The notes below the pieces were generated by a model. The model saw only the letters and a list, made by a program, of their open reading frames with translations. It was not told the origin of the DNA and searched no databases. Shown in pieces: positions 28,679-37,315 of a stretch of DNA of 64,000 nucleotides. Numbering within the stretch: position 1 is the first letter of the stretch; the number at the start of each line of letters is the position of its first letter. The translations under genes and the position numbers were made by a program. The DNA lies in IMG/VR virus record IMGVR_UViG_3300028840_004599; one strand, written 5' to 3'. Origin of the DNA: an uncultured virus (IMG/VR IMGVR_UViG_3300028840_004599) (lineage: Duplodnaviria; Heunggongvirae; Uroviricota; Caudoviricetes).

Positions 28679-28976
28679 TGTGCGAAAATCCGCACGATTG
28701 CACAATAATTGTGCAATATACCTTGTATTACTAGGTATGCCATATTTTGACGTTTTTCAATGGGTTTTAGTGTACACGATTGATATCCCTGGATATCTGC
28801 ATCATACAAATCTTATGCACTGGGGGGGAGTGTACGAATTTCGGACAGTTGGTGTAAACATAAGCGATGCTTGCCCTCACGAATTTTTCAGGTATTTTCC
28901 ATCGGGCTTTGTGCCTATTTTCGCACATCCTTAAAATCTCGCCTCCCGATAACGCAGAAATGCATCATTTTGTTGC
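28679..28976. promoter_or_regulatory. Array of palindromic, enhancer-like binding sites
   Basis: 28679-28696 and inverted copy 28910-28927; TTGCACAATAATTGTGCAA 28698-28716; TGTACGAATTTCGGACA 28831-28847. Confidence 0.65.
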
Positions 28977-28990
28977 CCTTTTTCCTACTT

Positions 28991-29007
28991 CTGGCATGAT
29001 AATTGCG
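28991..29007 (+). promoter_or_regulatory. Sigma-54 (-24/-12) promoter
   Basis: CTGGCATGATAATTGCG, correct GG-N10-GC spacing, intergenic, heads rightward operon. Confidence 0.7.
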
Positions 29008-29024
29008 TAATACCTACCATCGTG

Positions 29025-29179
29025 TAGCAAACATACAAAACCCCCGAGGGAAGGAGAACCGGCAGTCGTGTATATTCGCCAATCGTCCATCAATGAGAAT
29101 CGTAAGGACTTGGAGTGTTCGTTATTTTACCTCCTGGCTGCCGTTCTCTTCCTTCTCCTAGTGTGTCTCTCGATTGCTA
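29025..29179 (+). ncRNA. Candidate rod-shaped RNA / structured leader
   Basis: Nested complementary segments: TAGCAA/TTGCTA, ACATAC/GTGTGT, 29049-29067 with 29136-29152, CCAA/TTGG, GTCC/GGAC. Confidence 0.5.
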
Positions 29180-29357
29180 TTCCTGAAAATCCATTTGTAT
29201 AGGAGTACGTTGTGGCTCATATTATTGATCTTCTATCTCATTTTGGGGACATCTTCTATCACGAGGTATACAAGGATACCCTGATTGTTTGACGTTGGTA
29301 GGGATTAGAAGACTATTAAAGCATATAAAGTCAGAATAAAATATAGGAGGAAAGAGT

Positions 29358-31493
29358 ATGTATGACATGATTATGGGGGGTAAATACCTCCGGATTGGGT
29401 GGAGTGCGAAGCCAGATGGGGCTTGGGAAGGGAGAATATTGGAACAGATGTGCCGTGGTGAGGCAGCTATTCCTGATGGTTTGTTTGAATTCTCCGTACC
29501 TGAGAACCCTATAAGCATACGATCTGTAAATGCTCCCCAGATTACCAAATTTGTCCTCTACATACGAGGTAGAGACAAGAATCGGGATAATAGTATTCTC
29601 CGCATCCAACCTAGGGAAAGCTCTGATATTTCCCACGTTGCCAAACTTGTGAGTGCGTACAATCAGGCAATGGCCACTATTGAAACCCGTTCCGAAGAGA
29701 TCGTGGTAGGTGGTGAATACCTCAAGATATCCTGGAAACGCTTGCCCTGTACATCCCGGGAAGATAAATGCTACGTCGGCAGGGTAATTGACCAGACATA
29801 CCGTTGGGAGGACTTTTACCCAATAGCAAAGAAAGGACATAAGTGGTATTTTAATCCCAAGATACAAACTTCTGCGGTTGGTGATGTAATAGTACACATG
29901 AAATCTGTTGACCTTCCCTCCATCGAATCCATATCAAAAACCCGGATACTCTTTGATGTACGGGGAAAACACGTTGATCGTGACGACGATGAATTTCAGG
30001 CAACCGACCACGAATTCTGTATAATTAACGAGGCAATCAATAAGTATAACAGCAATATGGAACAGTACTTCGGTGGGTACGTGGGTAAGGAATGTGGTGG
30101 CAAGTACCTAAAGATTATGTGGGATCAGCGTGTCCCCGGCAGGTACTGTGGTGTAATTCAGCAGCAGATGTACGTTCGTTCCAATTTTAACAAACCTCTC
30201 AAGCTTCGTGAACCCGATATTGATACAAACGTCTACTTTAGCGAAACCATGTACAAGTGTAGCAGTATATGTATTTGTTCCGGCAGATCACCAGGTGTTC
30301 GTAAAGATGAAAACGGTGACATTATCCTCGACGTGATCCGTGAAGATGACGTATCCGACGTATCCGCGAGTGAGTACACATTCGATGCCCCCGAATACCT
30401 TATCCCTTTTCTATCCGAAGCTATCGAACAGTATAACAAGTACATGGCGAAGGAGTTGGAAAGGGAGGAGGAAGTTGTTGGTGGTGATTATCTGAAGGTC
30501 AAATTCACCCCCATACCCAATTCTGTTGATTGGGAAGCTGTAATATTGAAGCAAAAGCACAGAATGGGTAGCTTTTATCCCCCCAGCATATCCAATTCGC
30601 TTGAGTTCGTAGCATCTAATGGGTACTCCTTGCGATCATGTATCTGGCCTGCCGTGTCCCAAGGGGAGAAGCTTTTCTATGTTCGTGGCAATTCAACCGG
30701 TAGTGATTATGATGAACTGTTCGTTCCCAACATTATGTACCCATTTATGAAAGCAGCTATTGAGGAGTACAACCAGAAAATGCTCGAATACGAGCGCACA
30801 CACAAGGAGAAAGTTGTAGTAGGCGGTAAGTGCCTCAAGATCGAATTTACCCGAGAAGCCAGTCCCGATGCTTGGGATGGCAAGGTATTATGTATGGATG
30901 TTCCGGATACTATCAGGTACAAAAACTTTACCGTTCATATGACAAATGGCGATACTTACACCACCTATGCAAATCTTGAGCCTTGCCAAACAATCACCTG
31001 GGCATGGTATAATCGCAAAATGGAGCCCGATTTAAAAGGTTTCCCAGGAACGGGGAAGGCATTCTTCCTCAAGCTCCCCACTTCCGCACTTGAGTCACCT
31101 TTGTTCAAACTCCCGGCTTCTTATCTCTCCGGTGTCGTCCTCCTTATCCGACGTTATAACGAGTATGTGGAGGCAGAAATTGCTAGGTTGGAAAAAGAAA
31201 GGGAGAGGAAGAGCAGTAATGAGGAGGAGGAAGTTACTTTGTCTGATATAAAAGGTGTATTCGCGTACCTTGAACATGCGGAGGCAGAAATTGCCAGGTC
31301 GGAAAAAGAAAAGGCAGAGAAAGAAAAGAGGGAGAAGGAAGCCAAACGGGAAGAGGTTTTGGATCGGCTTAGGTACGCTGAAGCGGTATATGACTTCCCG
31401 GCAGACCCCTTTCTCCTTTGTAATCCAGAAGTCATTAAATATGCGTGTAAGACATGGGTGAAAGTTTGTAAGGAGGCGAAAAATACAGAATGA
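29358..31493 (+). CDS. Protein of five tandem ~120-aa domains plus coiled coil
   Basis: Repeats start GG.(Y/C)L(R/K)(I/V).(W/F) and end ..(A/L)(I/V)..YN. Confidence 0.8.
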   Translation: MYDMIMGGKYLRIGWSAKPDGAWEGRILEQMCRGEAAIPDGLFEFSVPENPISIRSVNAPQITKFVLYIRGRDKNRDNSILRIQPRESSDISHVAKLVSAYNQAMATIETRSEEIVVGGEYLKISWKRLPCTSREDKCYVGRVIDQTYRWEDFYPIAKKGHKWYFNPKIQTSAVGDVIVHMKSVDLPSIESISKTRILFDVRGKHVDRDDDEFQATDHEFCIINEAINKYNSNMEQYFGGYVGKECGGKYLKIMWDQRVPGRYCGVIQQQMYVRSNFNKPLKLREPDIDTNVYFSETMYKCSSICICSGRSPGVRKDENGDIILDVIREDDVSDVSASEYTFDAPEYLIPFLSEAIEQYNKYMAKELEREEEVVGGDYLKVKFTPIPNSVDWEAVILKQKHRMGSFYPPSISNSLEFVASNGYSLRSCIWPAVSQGEKLFYVRGNSTGSDYDELFVPNIMYPFMKAAIEEYNQKMLEYERTHKEKVVVGGKCLKIEFTREASPDAWDGKVLCMDVPDTIRYKNFTVHMTNGDTYTTYANLEPCQTITWAWYNRKMEPDLKGFPGTGKAFFLKLPTSALESPLFKLPASYLSGVVLLIRRYNEYVEAEIARLEKERERKSSNEEEEVTLSDIKGVFAYLEHAEAEIARSEKEKAEKEKREKEAKREEVLDRLRYAEAVYDFPADPFLLCNPEVIKYACKTWVKVCKEAKNTE

Positions 31494-31768
31494 AATACCC
31501 AACGAGAGAGATGAAAAGGAGAGCAGAGGAAATCGCAAAGCGGTTTAAGTCGTGCCCTTTTTGTGGAAGCGAGATGGTTTTTGACTACGATTTCACCATT
31601 GCCCCGTTCGAATTCCCTAAGAAACGCAATGTTTGGTATTCCCTATATTGCCAAACAGATGGCTGTTTTGGAGAGTACATTGATTGTGCTGTTGATATTA
31701 ACGACAAAGAAGATGTCGACAAAACAGTGGAGAGTTTCAATAGGAGAAGGGAAAGCAACGTAGAATGA
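31490..31768 (+). CDS. Lar-like zinc-ribbon protein
   Basis: KSCPFCGS..C...C..FNRR. Confidence 0.6.
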   Translation: MKYPTREMKRRAEEIAKRFKSCPFCGSEMVFDYDFTIAPFEFPKKRNVWYSLYCQTDGCFGEYIDCAVDINDKEDVDKTVESFNRRRESNVE

Positions 31769-32025
31769 ACATTCTAACCCTTACAAATGACTTCATACAA
31801 GCCGTAGATAACTTGGTATGCTGTGGCGTAACATTTGACACCCTGTCCCATTACGTATCTGTAAACCCAAAATACTTTACATCGTTCTACAACAAGGCTA
31901 CAACCGGCAAGTTGCCCGACTCGGCAAAGAACCGCATCCGTATGAATCGCATCGTCACAGTATACCGTTTCTACGTGCGTCAAGGTTATATGCCTGACAT
32001 GGATAGAGGAGGAAATTTAATATGA
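31765..32025 (+). CDS. Hypothetical, possible HTH
   Basis: Coupled ORF. Confidence 0.55.
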   Translation: MNILTLTNDFIQAVDNLVCCGVTFDTLSHYVSVNPKYFTSFYNKATTGKLPDSAKNRIRMNRIVTVYRFYVRQGYMPDMDRGGNLI

Positions 32026-32714
32026 ATGACTCAAAAAAGGATAGTCTTGGCATGTCGGAAGCGGACAGGCGCAAGGCATCCAGACACATAATCCCCTACA
32101 TACGCCACATCGTACGTATGTTGGATGCGGAGAGGTACTCGGAAGACCCTTCCAAGGAATACCTTGTAAAGTGTTATTCCTTGACAATCCCCGGCTTATT
32201 TTTGTCCGAACAGAGGCATGTAATAGAGAAGTTGCCAGAGGAGATTTTCCGCGGTTTTAGATTTCGTATGTGCGGGTGTAAAGCAAAGTGCCTTGACGCT
32301 TGTGTTAGGGTAATGCTGAAGTACCTAAAACCGCTTGGGGAGCAATTTCTTTCTGCGGCATACTGTCCCCTATGTATGTTATACAACGAGGGCTCTGATG
32401 GGCACTGCTCGTATTGCCCTTTAAAATCATCTGATAGTGACTTTCATGCTTGTGGGAATATGCGTACATACAAGAATACAGTTAAAGCTTTAGGATTTGC
32501 CAATTATATACGTACTTATCCCTTTACCTCATCACACAGCACCCCGGCTGTACGGGAAGCCTTTAGCGACCGTATCCAGTTCTACACCTACTTTATACCC
32601 TTCCTGGCTACCCTCCCAGCTGAACGCTTTAACTGCGATGCCAGCTGGACGCCCATACTCCCCGATTTTGAAGAGTATCTTCAAGTTGACACATTTTTTG
32701 TCACCAATTTATAA
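32022..32714 (+). CDS. Cys-rich hypothetical protein
   Basis: CPLC..CSYCPL..C; GAGGAGG SD. Confidence 0.65.
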   Translation: MNDSKKDSLGMSEADRRKASRHIIPYIRHIVRMLDAERYSEDPSKEYLVKCYSLTIPGLFLSEQRHVIEKLPEEIFRGFRFRMCGCKAKCLDACVRVMLKYLKPLGEQFLSAAYCPLCMLYNEGSDGHCSYCPLKSSDSDFHACGNMRTYKNTVKALGFANYIRTYPFTSSHSTPAVREAFSDRIQFYTYFIPFLATLPAERFNCDASWTPILPDFEEYLQVDTFFVTNL

Positions 32715-32725
32715 AGGAGTGAATT

Positions 32726-33046
32726 GTGAAAGCTATATTTTACTTACGCCTACAAAGTAATAATAAGGCGCGGGTTTTCAAGAAGGTAACAAAGATACCC
32801 AATACCCTTGTGCCCCCGACACAACAAAACCCCGCCACAGACAAGATTATTCTTCCCATAGTTGTTATCCCAGGTTCATCATACGATGATTTTTTCCTCG
32901 TGGATTTCCAACTAGTGGGTTTTGACCTCAATTCCCAACACCTCCTGTTCCACCACGAGGAAATACTGGATGAGGGTAGTAAATCCAAGTTTATTCTCGA
33001 CTCCATGAAGAAATGCAGATGGGAACTTATAGATAAGGAGCAGTAA
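32726..33046 (+). CDS. Hypothetical protein
   Basis: AAGGAG SD. Confidence 0.6.
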   Translation: MKAIFYLRLQSNNKARVFKKVTKIPNTLVPPTQQNPATDKIILPIVVIPGSSYDDFFLVDFQLVGFDLNSQHLLFHHEEILDEGSKSKFILDSMKKCRWELIDKEQ

Positions 33047-33058
33047 ATAATGCAGGAC

Positions 33059-33275
33059 ATACAACATATTGTACCTCTCGGTAAAAAAATGCAAGATACA
33101 CTTTTGTCCATTTTTGTGCATTTTAACCGTTTTTCCCGTACCCATTCTTACTGCGAGATACAACATCTTGTACTTAGCCTCCCTCCCCGCATACAACATC
33201 TTGTAAAAAAAATCTTTTCCCTGTGCAGTGTACCAGACTTTACCAAACGGTTACGAGAGGTACAAGATGCTGATT
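33059..33275. promoter_or_regulatory. Phased 16-bp NrdR-box-like repeats or iterons
   Basis: ATACAACAT(A/C)TTGTA(C/A) at 33059, 33158, 33191; degenerate inverted copy at 33260. Confidence 0.6.
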
Positions 33276-33299
33276 TTGGTGGTGTTCAGTGGGGCTCTG

Positions 33300-33362
33300 C
33301 CCCCCTTCCCCCACACCCCCTACCCCCTATATATTATATATATATATATTATTATATATTAC
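33300..33362. other. C-rich tract followed by (TA)n tract; candidate origin unwinding element
   Basis: CCCCCCTTCCCCCACACCCCCTACCCCC then about 35 nt of pure A/T. Confidence 0.45.
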
Positions 33363-33375
33363 TAGGGGGAGTATA

Positions 33376-33549
33376 GTGTTTTTACTCGGTAAAGCTCACG
33401 AATTAACCAAACAGCTCGAATCCGACCTCCCAAAGACAGAGAAGAGCCGTATTCGTTACCACCTTAGCCGTATTCAGGATGTTCTAAATGGCAAAATAAC
33501 AGAGGAGCAGTATAACAGGGGCAGAGGTCGCCCGAGGAAGGAGCAGTAA
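33376..33549 (+). CDS. Small AT-hook protein
   Basis: GGGGGAG SD before GTG 33376; C-terminal RGRGRPRK. Confidence 0.65.
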   Translation: MFLLGKAHELTKQLESDLPKTEKSRIRYHLSRIQDVLNGKITEEQYNRGRGRPRKEQ

Positions 33550-34082
33550 TGGCAAGTAGTAAAAAACAAGGTAAAAAGGGGGATTATAACCCCGATGAGT
33601 TCGTAGTGCCCGCTACGGATGCCCGTGGAAATAGCGAACGTGTTAACCTCCGTATGTCCCCTATGTACCTGGCTGCCATGCAGGATATACTCCAATCCAG
33701 GCTTTTCCCGTATAGAACCATACAGGATGTAATACGGGATGCTGTGAAAAGACACCTCCGCTACCTAAGCACCTTGGACACTTCTATAACATCCCTTATG
33801 GGACAGATACAGGCTGTAGACAACATAGTCTGTGCCAACATTCGTCAAATAGAGTTCATGCGTAGCGTAGAGGACATGAAGAAGACCGTAGCATCCCTCC
33901 TGAAAGCAGGAGCCAACGAGGAAGCTGTATCTGTCCTAGCTAACGTAAAACACGAGGTGGAGAAGATAAAGAATAAGTTCTTCCGTGAACACTTCCTGGC
34001 TGCGATACAGCCGTTGTATGAAAAAGCCTCCAAGTCTTCCAAGTCCGTGAAGGTTGGCAAGAAAAGAAAGGTTAAGGAATAG
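33549..34082 (+). CDS. RHH-domain regulator with helical C-terminus
   Basis: ERVNLRMSP..YRTIQDVIRDAVKRHL. Confidence 0.65.
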   Translation: MASSKKQGKKGDYNPDEFVVPATDARGNSERVNLRMSPMYLAAMQDILQSRLFPYRTIQDVIRDAVKRHLRYLSTLDTSITSLMGQIQAVDNIVCANIRQIEFMRSVEDMKKTVASLLKAGANEEAVSVLANVKHEVEKIKNKFFREHFLAAIQPLYEKASKSSKSVKVGKKRKVKE

Positions 34083-34083
34083 T

Positions 34084-35637
34084 ATGAGGTTGAAGATATG
34101 GAATGGGGAAACAGTTATAGTACCATTGCGACCGCAGGAACTAGACATATCGGACAAGTTTCAAGAGTGGAGAGCCAGCCAGTGGGAAGCTATCCATGAT
34201 GCTCTTACGTCCAAAAAACGTTTCGTGGTGCAGTCTCAACCAACCGGCTCTGGCAAATCATTAACTTATTACACCATAGCCAAGGTATTAGGGAAGCGTG
34301 TGTGCATCTTAACCTCCACCAAAGCCCTACAAGACCAAATAGCCAAAGATTTCCCAGTAGCAGATATTCGTGGTCAAAATGCCTACAAGTGCCTCCTCAC
34401 TGGCGACTCTGCCAACTATGGACCCTGTCGAATGGGGTATGATTGCCCTCGTACCCGTACCTGCCCATACATACGCCAATACCGGGCAGCTCTTAAAGCC
34501 AGCATAGTTCTCACAAACTACTCCTATTTCATAACCATTAATAGGTTTGGCAGGGGTCTTGGCAAGTTCGATTTGCTTGTATGTGACGAAGCGCATAACA
34601 TACATACACAATTGTGCAACGCAGCAACAATATCTATCCGATCCGATCTCCTATCCACCCCGCCAGATGAGTCCGATCTGACCGCGTGGGCTTTGTATGA
34701 GGGGGGCAAGATAACAAATAGGATAGATAGATTACATTCCGAGTTCAACCAGGATACGACTGATTTTGATAAACCCCTGTTGCGTGAGATATCAGATCTC
34801 AAAATAGCTGAGCGGGGGTTGGAAACAGTACGTTCCCACGCGGATGACTGGTTACTTGAGAAATCTAAAGGCTCCTGCGTATTTACACCCGTTTGGGCTG
34901 GTGAGTTGTCCGAGGAGCTTCTTTTTTCGGGAATACCCAAAGTTATAACCATGTCAGCCAATATCTGCCAGAAGTCCTTATCTCTCATAGGTATCAAAGA
35001 TTACGACTATTTCTCATACAAGCACACATTCCCCTTACAAAACAGGCTGGTGTATCATATTCCTACAACTCGTGTTGATTTCCGCATGAGTAGTGCTCAA
35101 TTTGACACATATATGAAGCGTGTGGATGAGATAATCGAGTCACGATTGGACAGGAAGGGCATAATACACGGGGTTTCTTACAAACGTTGCCAGCAAATCA
35201 TGTCCAAATCTCGTTTTAAAAAGTACATGATTACCCATTACAAAAACAATCTTGCAGAGGTTGTGGAGCGGTTTAAAAACTCAACAGCTCCCAGTATCCT
35301 GATATCCCCATCAATTGTGGAGGGGTACGATTTCCCAGGCGACCAGTGTTATTGGCAAATAGTGGCAAAAGTGCCATTCCCTGATACTCGTGGAAAGCTA
35401 ATGGCGTTGAGGAAGAAGAGCGATCCAGAGTACCCAAACTACATCGCAATGCAAAAATTCGTCCAAGCGTGTGGTCGTGGTGTCCGTTCCCAGGATGATG
35501 TTTGTGAAACGTTCATACTAGACGATCACATGTTTTGGTTTTTCCGAAGATTCCAAGAATTTGCACCAGATTGGTTCTATTTAACAACAATTCGGTACAA
35601 TCCCACACCAGTTGGCATAAAAATTGCTGTAAAATAG
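34084..35637 (+). CDS. DinG/XPD-family SF2 helicase (probable Fe-S)
   Basis: Q motif, PTGSGKS, Cys cluster ending CPY, DEAH, SA, EGYDFPGD, KVPFP, QACGRGVRS..D. Confidence 0.9.
   Translation: MRLKIWNGETVIVPLRPQELDISDKFQEWRASQWEAIHDALTSKKRFVVQSQPTGSGKSLTYYTIAKVLGKRVCILTSTKALQDQIAKDFPVADIRGQNAYKCLLTGDSANYGPCRMGYDCPRTRTCPYIRQYRAALKASIVLTNYSYFITINRFGRGLGKFDLLVCDEAHNIHTQLCNAATISIRSDLLSTPPDESDLTAWALYEGGKITNRIDRLHSEFNQDTTDFDKPLLREISDLKIAERGLETVRSHADDWLLEKSKGSCVFTPVWAGELSEELLFSGIPKVITMSANICQKSLSLIGIKDYDYFSYKHTFPLQNRLVYHIPTTRVDFRMSSAQFDTYMKRVDEIIESRLDRKGIIHGVSYKRCQQIMSKSRFKKYMITHYKNNLAEVVERFKNSTAPSILISPSIVEGYDFPGDQCYWQIVAKVPFPDTRGKLMALRKKSDPEYPNYIAMQKFVQACGRGVRSQDDVCETFILDDHMFWFFRRFQEFAPDWFYLTTIRYNPTPVGIKIAVK
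35612..35628 (+). promoter_or_regulatory. Sigma-54 (-24/-12) promoter
   Basis: TTGGCATAAAAATTGCT, 38 nt upstream of the 35667 start. Confidence 0.7.
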
Positions 35638-35666
35638 CATGATGACTAAATTAAGGAGGAAAAGGT

Positions 35667-36377
35667 ATGACAGAGGGTAACAAGGTTCCTTTGAATCAGT
35701 TTAAGCGATCCGGGTTTCTGGATGGTGTGGAGGCTACCATCACAAATGCCAGATTCGTGTTCTTCGCGTTCCCTACTGCGGGAAAGCAAGCGTGCTTAGA
35801 GGTCACGTTTGTTCCGAAGCAGGAAATTCGTAATCTCAGACCCCAGATGTACAAGGTTGGCGACCCTGCATCGTTCGTGCCATCGGAGAACGGAGATGAA
35901 CTTATCTCCCCGACAGGCGCACAAATCCACGAAAACACGAAGTTCGGAGTTTTTATTACCTCTCTCTACGATGCAGGGTTTGATGGAGAGCTTAAGACAA
36001 TCTCCGAAATCAACGATCTTAAAGTACGCTTGAAATCCGTTCCCAATTCCCAGATTTGGGGCGGAAGCGGAAACACGCAGATGAGCAAAGGCAACACGAT
36101 CCTTATTGATGAAATTCTTGGTGATGATAGCGCGCCTACAAAGGGTGGTGGGGAAGTTTCCAAAGTCGAAGACGTTGCCAAGCTGACCATCCTTGAAATC
36201 CTTGAAGCATCCGGAAAGCCGATGAAGAAATCTCATGTGGTGCTCAAGGCAAATAAGGCTGAGTTTGCGTCGCCAGCAGAGCGCAATTTAGTACTCGATC
36301 TTGTTGGCTCTGACGAGTTCCTTGCCAGTTCGGATGAGTGGAAGTTTGAAAACGGCATTCTCTCCCTGGAGGAATAA
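35667..36377 (+). CDS. Replication-module protein, possible ssDNA-binding protein
   Basis: Position before Sak4-like ATPase, strong SD; no firm motif. Confidence 0.45.
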   Translation: MTEGNKVPLNQFKRSGFLDGVEATITNARFVFFAFPTAGKQACLEVTFVPKQEIRNLRPQMYKVGDPASFVPSENGDELISPTGAQIHENTKFGVFITSLYDAGFDGELKTISEINDLKVRLKSVPNSQIWGGSGNTQMSKGNTILIDEILGDDSAPTKGGGEVSKVEDVAKLTILEILEASGKPMKKSHVVLKANKAEFASPAERNLVLDLVGSDEFLASSDEWKFENGILSLEE

Positions 36378-36438
36378 TTCCTCCTATTCTCGTCCTACTT
36401 TGTTGGTTTGCATAGTGGTGGTTCAATCCTATGCGCTT

Positions 36439-36478
36439 GGGGAGGGAGTTATCCCTTTCAGCTCCCTCCCACTCTTTC
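36439..36478 (+). terminator. Hairpin / weak terminator
   Basis: GGGAGGGAGTT pairs with AGCTCCCTCCC, followed by ACTCTTTC. Confidence 0.45.
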
Positions 36479-36493
36479 TACTAGGAGATTTTA

Positions 36494-37315
36494 ATGGATG
36501 AAAAGAAACTTGCGTCTGTCGGGTTTGAGAAGACAAAACCCGACACCGAAAGAGCTTGGGTAATTTCAATATCCGGGGAAACATCTTCGGGCAAGACAAC
36601 GTTCGCGCTTACCGCGCCAAAACCCCACGCCTTTTTTAACTTCGACCATGGGGAAGCCAGAGCCATTTCAGGTATCAAAGACAAACTTGACGTTGATAAG
36701 GATGGCAACATTGACGGTTTATACATAAAAACCTTCTACCCGCCCTCTGTGAAAGTCTCCAGCAGGTTCTCTGGTAATGTAAAAAGCCCGCTACGTGAGG
36801 ACAGTGGAGGTGTTCAGGAAGACAATATCAAGAATTTTGTTCCTCTGTATAGGGATTTTAACGAGGCGTACAATGCCGTTCTTTGTTCGGGGTTAAAATA
36901 TGCAACTATTGATGATGGTGGTGATCTCTGGGAAATTGTTCGCCTCGCCTACCTGGGTCAAGTTACCGAGGTGATGCCACAACACTACGTGGAGGTGAAT
37001 GCAGTGTGGAAATCCATTATTCAACGTGCCCGGTATCGTGGCGTGAATCTAATAATTACCCACAAACTGAAAGATGTCTATGTCGGAAATAGTTGCACAG
37101 GGGAACGCACGTTGGATGGGTTTTCCAAAGACAACTTCCTGTCAGATATTTCCCTGCTTACAAGCTGGGATAAGAAAAAAAAACAACCCGAAATCCTCAT
37201 CACGAAGTGTGGACCCAACAAAGAGCTCGAGGGAATAACGATCTCGGGCGACATGTGCACATATACCATGCTTAAAGCACTCATTCTCGACTGTGACCCG
37301 GAGGACGTTACCTAA
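36494..37315 (+). CDS. P-loop ATPase, Sak4/AAA_24-like
   Basis: GETSSGKTT, FDHG, TIDD, IITH. Confidence 0.75.
   Translation: MDEKKLASVGFEKTKPDTERAWVISISGETSSGKTTFALTAPKPHAFFNFDHGEARAISGIKDKLDVDKDGNIDGLYIKTFYPPSVKVSSRFSGNVKSPLREDSGGVQEDNIKNFVPLYRDFNEAYNAVLCSGLKYATIDDGGDLWEIVRLAYLGQVTEVMPQHYVEVNAVWKSIIQRARYRGVNLIITHKLKDVYVGNSCTGERTLDGFSKDNFLSDISLLTSWDKKKKQPEILITKCGPNKELEGITISGDMCTYTMLKALILDCDPEDVT

Noticed and set aside
33050..33376. 108-aa ORF across the repeats and TA tract
   Set aside because: Translates regulatory repeats and low-complexity DNA (PPHPLPP, YYIYIYYY); probably spurious
35867..35883. Minus-strand TGGCACGAACGATGCA sigma-54-like site
   Set aside because: Imperfect -12 box, antisense inside a CDS, no supporting downstream structure
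36410..36437. GGTTCAATCC resembling a tRNA T-loop
   Set aside because: No acceptor, D or anticodon arms
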